Below are positions 55,738-64,000 of a DNA stretch of 64,000 bases, in pieces. Positions within the stretch are counted from its first letter, which is position 1. The number at the start of each line of letters is the position of its first letter. This DNA is from Antedon mediterranea (taxonomy: Eukaryota > Animalia > Echinodermata), in contig NC_092679.1 in assembly GCF_964355755.1 (NCBI RefSeq), positions 588,201 through 652,200 of the forward strand. Reading direction: 5' to 3'. Under the pieces are notes generated by a model, which was given only the letters and a program-made list of their open reading frames with translations, had not been told where the DNA came from and searched no databases. Both the position numbers and the translations under genes were made by a program.

Positions 55738-57888
55738 GTCTAGTATATTACGATTGAGTTCGCTATTGGAGTTCCCCAGGTCTAGTATATTACGACTGAG
55801 TTTGCTATTGGAGTTCCCCAGTGTCTAGTATATTACGACTGAGTTCGCTATTGGAGTTCCCCAGGTCTAGTATATTACGACTGAGTTCGCTATTGGAGTT
55901 CCCCAGGTCTAGTATGTTACGACTGAGTTCGCTATTGGAGTTCCCCAGGTCTAGTTTATTTCGACTGAGTTTGCTATTGGAGTTCCCCAGGTCTAGTATA
56001 TTACGACTGAGTTCGCTATTGGAGTTCCCCAGTGTCTAGTATGTTACGACTGAGTTCGCTATTGGAGTTCCCCAGGTCTAGTTTATTTCGACTGAGTTCG
56101 CTATTGGAGTTCCCCAGTGTCTAGTATATTACGACTGAGTTCGCTATTGGAGTTCCCCAGTGTCTAGTATATTACGACCGAGTTCGCTATTGGAGTTCCC
56201 CAGGTCTAGTATGTTACGACTGAGTTTGCTATTGGAGTTCCCCAGGTCTAGTATGTTACGACTGAGTTTGCTATTGGAGTTCCCCAGGTCTAGTATGTTA
56301 CGACTGAGTTCGCTATTGGAGTTCCCCAGGTCTAGTATATTACGACTGAGTTCGCTATTGGAGTTCCCCAGTGTCTAGTATATTACGACTGAGTTCGCTA
56401 TTGGAGTTCCCCAGTGTCTAGTATGTTACGACTGAGTTTGCTATTGGAGTTCCCCAGGTCTAGTATATTACGACTGAGTTCGCTATTGGAGTTCCCCAGG
56501 TCTAGTATATTACGACTGAGTTCGCTATTGGAGTTCCCCAGTGTCTAGTATATTACGACTGAGTTCGCTATTGGAGTTCCCCAGTGTCTAGTATATTACG
56601 ACTGAGTTTGCTATTGGAGTTCCCCAGGTCTAGTATGTTACGACTGAGTTCGCTATTGGAGTTCCCCAGGTCTAGTATATTACGACTGAGTTCGCTATTG
56701 GAGTTCCCCAGGTCTAGTATATTACGACTGAGTTCGCTATTGGAGTTCCCCAGTGTCTAGTATATTACGACTGAGTTCGCTATTGGAGTTCCCCAGTGTC
56801 TAGTATATTACGACTGAGTTTGCTATTAGAGTTCCCCAGGTCTAGTATATTACGACTGAGTTCGCTATTGGAGTTCCCCAGGTCTAGTATATTACGACTG
56901 AGTTCGCTATTGGAGTTCCCCAGTGTCTAGTATATTACGACTGAGTTCGCTATTGGAGTTCCCCAGTGTCTAGTATATTACGACTGAGTTTGCTATTGGA
57001 GTTCCCCAGGTCTAGTATGTTACGACTGAGTTCGCTATTGGAGTTCCCCAGGTCTAGTATATTACGACTGAGTTCGCTATTGGAGTTCCCCAGGTCTAGT
57101 ATATTACGACTGAGTTCGCTATTGGAGTTCCCCAGGTCTAGTATATTACGACTGAGTTCGCTATTGGAGTTCCCCAGGTCTAGTATATTACGATTGAGTT
57201 CGATATTGGAGTTCCCCAGGTCTAGTATGTTACGACTGAGTTCGCTATTGGAGTTCCCCAGGTCTAGTATATTACGACTGAGTTTGCTATTGGGGTTCCC
57301 CAGGTCTAGTATATTACGACTGAGTTCGCTATTGGAGTTCCCCAGGTCTAGTATGTTACGACTGAGTTCGCTATTGGAGTTCCCCAGGTCTAGTATGTTA
57401 CGACTGAGTTCGCTATTGGAGTTCCCCAGGTCTAGTATGTTACGACTGAGTTCGCTATTGGAGTTCCCCAGGTCTAGTATATTACGACTGAGTTCGCTAT
57501 TGGAGTTCCCCAGTGTCTAGTATATTACGACTGAGTTCGCTATTGGAGTTCCCCAGTGTCTAGTATGTTACGACTGAGTTTGCTATTGGAGTTCCCCAGG
57601 TCTAGTATATTACGACTGAGTTCGCTATTGGAGTTCCCCAGGTCTAGTATATTACGACTGAGTTCGCTATTGGAGTTCCCCAGGTCTAGTATATTACGAC
57701 TGAGTTCGCTATTGGAGTTCCCCAGGTCTAGTATATTACGACTGAGTTCGCTATTGGAGTTCCCCAGGTCTAGTATATTACGATTGAGTTCGATATTGGA
57801 GTTCCCCAGGTCTAGTATGTTACGACTGAGTTCGCTATTGGAGTTCCCCAGGTCTAGTATATTACGACTGAGTTTGCTATTGGGGTTC
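55738..57888. repeat. 42/43-bp satellite, left part (GGTCTAGTATATTACGACTGAGTTCGCTATTGGAGTTCCCCA)
   Basis: About 50 units with higher-order variant patterns; 14-aa periodic ORFs. Confidence 0.95.
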
Positions 57889-60189
57889 CACATCCACGTC
57901 AAACAGCGAAAATGGGACATTAAGTGTTCCGAGAGCCGTTTTCATTGTTTAAGTTAGCCGGAGCCTTTTTCGATTGGCTATAAATAGAAAGTTACCGAGC
58001 ATTTCGAGCGACGCGAGTTCTGACTTCCGTGTTTTATAGGCTGTCTAAATTTCCCTTTTAACGGGTTTATATTAAATTATATTGTTGTTTGATTTATTTC
58101 TGTTTATAAAGAACATTTATATTAAACAAAAACCACAACAATAGCAATTTTAGTTGATTATGGATTAATTTATTCGAATTCTAAGATAAACGTCTAAGCC
58201 AAGTGTAAACGTAAACAAAGCGAGTCATACGGCGAAAACAAAAAAGTGAAAACTAACTAATTTGTTAAAATAGCTAACATTAATTTGCAATTTTTAAATG
58301 AAATTCTGAAAACGCTATAATATAGTCTTATATGCATTTTCAAAGATTTCCAAATATAAGCTTGGGGTTATTTTTCAAACAAATTCTATAAGGAGTTGAA
58401 GATAGTGTATTTTGAGCGAAAGTGCGGTGCGCGTAGGCCTAGGAAGACACGGCAGGGCTGGAATACTCGTTTCCTTAGGCGACGAGAACGACGGAAGATG
58501 CGCTCCATCACTGTGCTCTCAATTTTAGTTCTTGTTAAGTGGATGATGCAGAATCTTATAATATGGGCTTATAAATTTTAAAATAAAGTGCTCAACTTTC
58601 ATTTTTCTTAAAATTATGAAGATTAGTGTGAAGTGGGGACTGTCTGCATGCCTGAACAGCTGACTTGGTAAAATACTGAAAAATCAGTCAATTAGTTAGG
58701 CCTAGGCTAATTAATTAATGTACAGTATATAATGTCATATTTTTATGAATAGAGCTAAATCTACTAGTAGGCTTACTAGTAATCTCATAATAAATCTAAT
58801 AATGTCACCTGTCACTAACATATGATTGATTTAAGTATATGCTGAAAATGTTTACTTTTTATCGGAGCTAAAATGAAATTTCGCAGTTCCCTGCTTTTTA
58901 TTATAATAATGGAGCAATAAATGAAATACAAATACACACCAATTAACATTTTAACTTTTAATATTATCACAAATTTCACCTTAAAAATCAGACAAGTTTT
59001 CTACATCAACTTAGCTAACATTTGTACTAAGCCTAATCTTCAATAGATTTACTATTACTGTAGTAGGCCTATTACCATTATTTATTTGCCAATTTGAAAT
59101 GTACATTTAAACTTTATTAAACTACTGCACAACAACCAACTGCCACTTGAACCTTTAAATAAGTAAATTAGGATAAGTTAAAGTTTTTACAAAATAAATG
59201 TCTTTTTGGCAATACATCTATAGATATCCATAATTACAGTATTAATAGTGCTTTTTCAAATTATATGCCAGAAGTAAATTAATATGACTCATAAGAAATT
59301 GTTGTTGATTTAATGCTATTTGTATTGAAGTATGTAGAACAATCCTCTGTGGTCTGTAAAAAAACAACAACATTCAATTAATAATAATCATTATTTAATT
59401 ATATTTGTATATTTATTCTTATTTTCTTAGTTAGGCCTATAAACAACACGCGCCTGACAATCAACACGCGCCAATAATGCACGCACTACCCCACTATTAT
59501 AGGCTAAAGCCTGGCTCTCCTACTGTACTACTAGGCCTAGACTATATTGATTTATAAATAAAACAAAGAGGCTTTGTAGAGTTTTATGATTTAAAACAGC
59601 TTTCCTATATATTATATGTTTCCCTTATTAATTTACAAAACCACATTTCTTATCTTATGGCGTAAAAAATGATTTTAGCTACAACCATGTGTTCCATTTT
59701 CGATAGTGAAATACCCAAGAAGGCACATGTTTAAGCAGCCATTAAAAAAAAATAAAAAATAACCCCAACGAGATTTTTTTATTAACTACTATTGAAAAAT
59801 CAAATATTCAGAAACTATAAAACCCACCTTCTCAAAAAATTGCGTTGTTTTATTACAGCCTCAACAAATTAGACGAAATTTTAACATTCGAATAGCCTAA
59901 AATTGTTTAAAAAACATCGGTGTAATTCACCCTTGTTTCATAAAAATATAATGGGTTCGTCGATTAAAAAACAATATCACGTGGTTCGTAGATGCCTTGT
60001 CAAAGGTTTTCATGAATTATTCATTAGTAAATAAATCCAAAAGTTCCAATTGGCCAGTTTGCAAAAACCTAAGATTTACTTTTCAAAACAAAGTTGCTTC
60101 CGGGTAATTGTCAACGCTGTCTCGTGTGCAAAAACGATTCGCTGCCGATAGAGGGCTCACTACTTTTTGTCCCTGGTGAATTGAGTGTG
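57889..60189. mobile_element. 2301-bp non-autonomous DNA transposon with CAC...GTG termini and 4-bp TSD GTTC (Chapaev-like; RSS-like ends)
   Basis: GTTC at 57885-88 and 60190-93. Removing the element and one TSD exactly restores the satellite unit TATTGGGGTTCCCCAGG. No transposase ORF is visible. Confidence 0.88.
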
Positions 60190-60508
60190 GTTCCCCAGGT
60201 CTAGTATATTACGACTGAGTTCGCTATTGGAGTTCCCCAGGTCTAGTATGTTACGACTGAGTTCGCTATTGGAGTTCCCCAGGTCTAGTATGTTACGACT
60301 GAGTTCGCTATTGGAGTTCCCCAGGTCTAGTATGTTACGACTGAGTTCGCTATTGGAGTTCCCCAGGTCTAGTATATTACGACTGAGTTCGCTATTGGAG
60401 TTCCCCAGTGTCTAGTATATTACGACTGAGTTCGCTATTGGAGTTCCCCAGTGTCTAGTATATTACGACTGAGTTTGCTATTGGAGTTCCCCAGGTCTAG
60501 TATGTTAT
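60190..60508. repeat. 42/43-bp satellite, right part
   Basis: Resumes in register after the insertion. Confidence 0.95.
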
Positions 60509-60554
60509 CTTCTTGTTTGTATTGTTCATGTGAAATCCGGAATGCCTATATATT

Positions 60555-60650
60555 GACATGATGATGTCATATCACTACCATATTTTGGCATATCAAAACC
60601 ATCACATCACACTTTTTTTGTCAAACTAGTTTGATAGTGTAGACAGAGCT
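60555..60650. mobile_element. MITE family A, right half
   Basis: Ends AGTTTGATAGTGTAGACAGAGCT plus TTA. Confidence 0.8.
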
Positions 60651-60723
60651 TTAGTAGATTGATGCGATGTTATGCTCTTTCAACCAATCAATAGACAGAA
60701 CCGAAATATAATATAAAACATAC

Positions 60724-60830
60724 CTGAGATTACTAATAACAAGATCTAGTGAGTTTTGCTGAAATGGAATGAATTCCTCATCTGCTTGAACTTTAATCGT
60801 CTTCACATCTTCACAGATGAAACTTTGAGT
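60724..60830 (-). CDS. NDUFAF5: NDUFAF5 orthologue, internal coding exon (107 nt; TQSFICEDVKTIKVQADEEFIPFQQNSLDLVISNLS)
   Basis: Manual translation of the minus strand. Acceptor ttttattttgtAG, donor GTatgt. Matches the NDUFAF5 motif ADEEFLPFxxNxxDLVxSxLS. Phase joins the next exon in frame. Confidence 0.93.
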
Positions 60831-60847
60831 CTACAAAATAAAACGCA

Positions 60848-62334
60848 AAACTTAAGCCTTGTGTAACACTCTCAAACTTAAGCCTTGTGTAACACTCTCA
60901 AACTTAAGCCTTGTGTAACACTCTCAAACTTAAGCCTTGTGTAACACTCTCAAACTTAAGCCTTGTGTAACACTCTCAAACTTAAGCCTTGTGTAACACT
61001 CTCAAACTTAAGCCTTGTGTAACACTCTCAAACTTAAGCCTTGTGTAACACTCTCAAACTTAAGCCTTGTGTAACACTCTCAAACTTAAGCCTTGTGTAA
61101 CACTCTCAAACTTAAGCCTTGTGTAACACTCTCAAACTTAAGCCTTGTGTAACACTCTCTAACTTAAGCCTTGTGTAACACTCTCAAACTTAAGCCTTGT
61201 GTAACACTCTCAAACTTAAGCCTTGTGTAACACTCTCAAACTTAAGCCTTGTGTAACACTCTCAAACTTAAGCCTTGTGTAACACTCTCAAACTTAAGCC
61301 TTGTGTAACACTCTCTAACTTAAGCCTTGTGTAACACTCTCAAACTTAAGCCTTGTGTAACACTCTCAAACTTAAGCCTTGTGTAACACTCTCAAACTTA
61401 AGCCTTGTGTAACACTCTCAAACTTAAGCCTTGTGTAACACTCTCAAACTTAAGCCTTGTGTAACACTCTCAAACTTAAGCCTTGTGTAACACTCTCAAA
61501 CTTAAGCCTTGTGTAACACTCTCAAACTTAAGCCTTGTGTAACACTCTCAAACTTAAGCCTTGTGTAACACTCTCAAACTTAAGCCTTGTGTAACACTCT
61601 CAAACTTAAGCCTTGTGTAACACTCTCAAACTTAAGCCTTGTGTAACACTCTCAAACTTAAGCCTTGTGTAACACTCTCAAACTTAAGCCTTGTGTAACA
61701 CTCTCAAACTTAAGCCTTGTGTAACACTCTCAAACTTAAGCCTTGTGTAACACTCTCAAACTTAAGCCTTGTGTAACACTCTCAAACTTAAGCCTTGTGT
61801 AACACTCTCAAACTTAAGCCTTGTGTAACACTCTCAAACTTAAGCCTTGTGTAACACTCTCTAACTTAAGCCTTGTGTAACACTCTCAAACTTAAGCCTT
61901 GTGTAACACTCTCAAACTTAAGCCTTGTGTAACACTCTCTAACTTAAGCCTTGTGTAACACTCTCTAACTTAAGCCTTGTGTAACACTCTCAAACTTAAG
62001 CCTTGTGTAACACTCTCAAACTTAAGCCTTGTGTAACACTCTCAAACTTAAGCCTTGTGTAACACTCTCAAACTTAAGCCTTGTGTAACACTCTCTAACT
62101 TAAGCCTTGTGTAACACTCTCAAACTTAAGCCTTGTGTAACACTCTCTAACTTAAGCCTTGTGTAACACTCTCTAACTAAGCCTTGTGTAACACTCTCAA
62201 ACTTAAGCCTTGTGTAACACTCTCTAACTTAAGCCTTGTGTAACACTCTCTAACTTAAGCCTTGTGTAACACTCTCTAACTTAAGCCTTGTTTAACACTC
62301 TCAAACTTAAGCCTTGTGTAACACTCTCAAACTT
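60848..62334. repeat. 26-bp highly homogeneous satellite (AAACTTAAGCCTTGTGTAACACTCTC), ~57 copies
   Basis: Near-perfect tandem array. The unit equals TTA plus the left TIR of the adjoining MITE. Confidence 0.96.
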
Positions 62335-62442
62335 CATGTGACAAAATAAAATGTGATGTGCCCATATATGGACATGTTGATGTCATATCACTACCATAAT
62401 ACACTTTTTTTGTCAAACTAGTTTGATAGTGTAGACAGAGCT
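62310..62442. mobile_element. MITE family A copy whose left TIR is the last satellite unit
   Basis: TTA at 62307-09 and 62443-45; family A interior and right TIR. Confidence 0.87.
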
Positions 62443-64000
62443 TTAAGATGATGTCAAATAAATATCACTACTTAAATTTGCAAATAAGTATTTTTTTTAA
62501 AGTTGTAGACCAAGAACATACAGGGCCTGTTTCTATTGACCAAGAGAACATGGTTTATAAAAATGCAATCGCGGTCTTAAATTGACCTCACCTTAGAAGG
62601 TCAATGAATGCCGCGAGCATCCGACTCTACGAGTGGATAATGAAATAATTACATAATCAACCACGAACTATCACTAAATGAGAAACTGATTGTAGTTTCA
62701 GTAAAAATTAGGCTGCAACATGATTCTGGTTTCAATTTAATTTTCAAAAAGAAAAGATCAGAATAACGAGTCAAAAAATACAAACTTCCAAATATTGGAG
62801 TGTAAAAAAATGTGTTTTATAATTGATTTAAATTGCATAGGAGGCATAAATATTTAAAAAAGAAAAATGCATCAATCAAATCATTACTGACAGACCAGTA
62901 GACTAGCGAGAAAGAGCCATAGAAGCGGTCAGCACACATAACAATGTCTACAGCAGATGAATGCTGCAACAGATTATTTCTATTCAATTAATAACATGGT
63001 TTTAAAAGCTAACCTGCAAAATGCATTCCAATTTCAATTAATTTCATGATCTTCTATCTTGATTGATTGATTGATTTTAATGTTTACTACATCAAAATGT
63101 TACGGAGCTTAATTGGAATAGCTACAGATATTACCAAACAAAAATTCCTTGCAAATAAGATTTTGTTGTCAACTTTGACCTATAAATATTAGTGATGACA
63201 TAAAGAAAACAAGAGCAAGCAGATCAGAGTTGCAACCTTTGCCATCTTAAGAAAGAAAAGAAAAAGGATCAAGAATCCTGATCAAGTCTTTGACGTACAA
63301 CCTAAAAATAGTTTTTAAAAAGTGGTCCAGAATTGGATCCTGGTCTGGATTGACTCCAAAATGGAGTATTCAATGATGATGTGTTTTAAATGTAGTCAAG
63401 ATCTATCTTGTAGTTTAGTAAAATAATAAAAAGTGATCTAGATAGAATTGGGGTCCAGATTGCCTAAAAAAATGGAGTCTTCAGTGACCACATATTTATC
63501 TGTGGTTTAAATTTGATCCATCTTTTAGTTTTGACATTATCCTGCTAACAGACAAACAAACACACCCTAAGCGGAGGTATACTCCAGCCAAAAAAACTAT
63601 TTTTCTACTGTTATACATCTGAAAAAAATCTATTTATCTTTTGATTTAGAAATGATACAAGATTAAGGAGATTATTTAGGATAATTTAAAAAATTCAAAA
63701 AGGATTTGCATTGTGTACTCTGTAATCTAATCTGAATCATATCACCTACAAAATATTCATTTATTAATGAAATGAAATCGACTGGTTCTCAAATGACCAG
63801 GTAATTAAGAACGACTTTGCCTAAGGCTTCTACTTTTAAATTATTATCCACTATCAATATTAATGAAAACAAGATTGTTATTAGTTTTAAACTAATAAAT
63901 AGATAACAATGGTATCCTTTTACTAGTTTTATTAAAACGATGACCTAGATAACTTAAGTAACCTATATATATATTTATTATAAATAAATCTATTAATTGA

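Noticed and set aside
58396-58581. Arg-rich 61-aa ORF inside the CAC...GTG element as a possible transposase remnant
   Set aside because: No recognisable zinc-finger or DDE motif in the frames I read; too short to support.
57884-60194. 5-bp TSD (which would indicate Transib/ProtoRAG)
   Set aside because: With CAC/GTG termini the 5-nt flanks are GGTTC and GTTCC. A 5-bp GGTTC duplication would need a non-inverted right end, so the 4-bp GTTC reading is preferred.
55738-62334. CRISPR-like arrays (42-bp and 26-bp repeats)
   Set aside because: Units are head-to-tail with no unique spacers, there are no cas genes, and the context is a eukaryotic intron.
62450-64000. Upstream NDUFAF5 exon(s) containing the SAM-binding LDLGCG region
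   Set aside because: I found no matching translation with splice sites; they are presumed to lie outside the window.

Overview
This is AT-rich, intron- and repeat-dominated animal DNA, not prokaryotic. A marine invertebrate deuterostome such as an echinoderm is an inference from the Deu-domain SINEs. The only protein-coding gene I can support is the 3' part of an NDUFAF5 orthologue (mitochondrial complex I assembly factor / arginine hydroxylase) on the minus strand. It has seven GT-AG exons from 60830 down to the stop at 28961 (639 nt, 212 aa plus stop); the 5' exons appear to lie beyond the right edge. Most other long ORFs in the track are translations of minisatellites. The rest is non-autonomous mobile DNA: PIF/Harbinger-like MITE families with TWA target sites (two cases nested in their own family), a Helentron/HINE-like element, a foldback element, tRNA-derived SINEs, a LINE tail, and about 20 local tandem arrays. 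Three observations stand out. (1) A 2.3-kb CAC...GTG element (57889-60189) has a clean 4-bp TSD and asymmetric, V(D)J-RSS-like ends (heptamer, 12 nt, ACAAAAAGT; heptamer, 21 nt, ACATTAAGT). (2) Two minimal hammerhead ribozymes face each other at 6.5-7.0 kb (Penelope/retrozyme-like), with a third mutated copy at 51.2 kb. (3) Two satellites are visibly built from MITE terminal inverted repeats.
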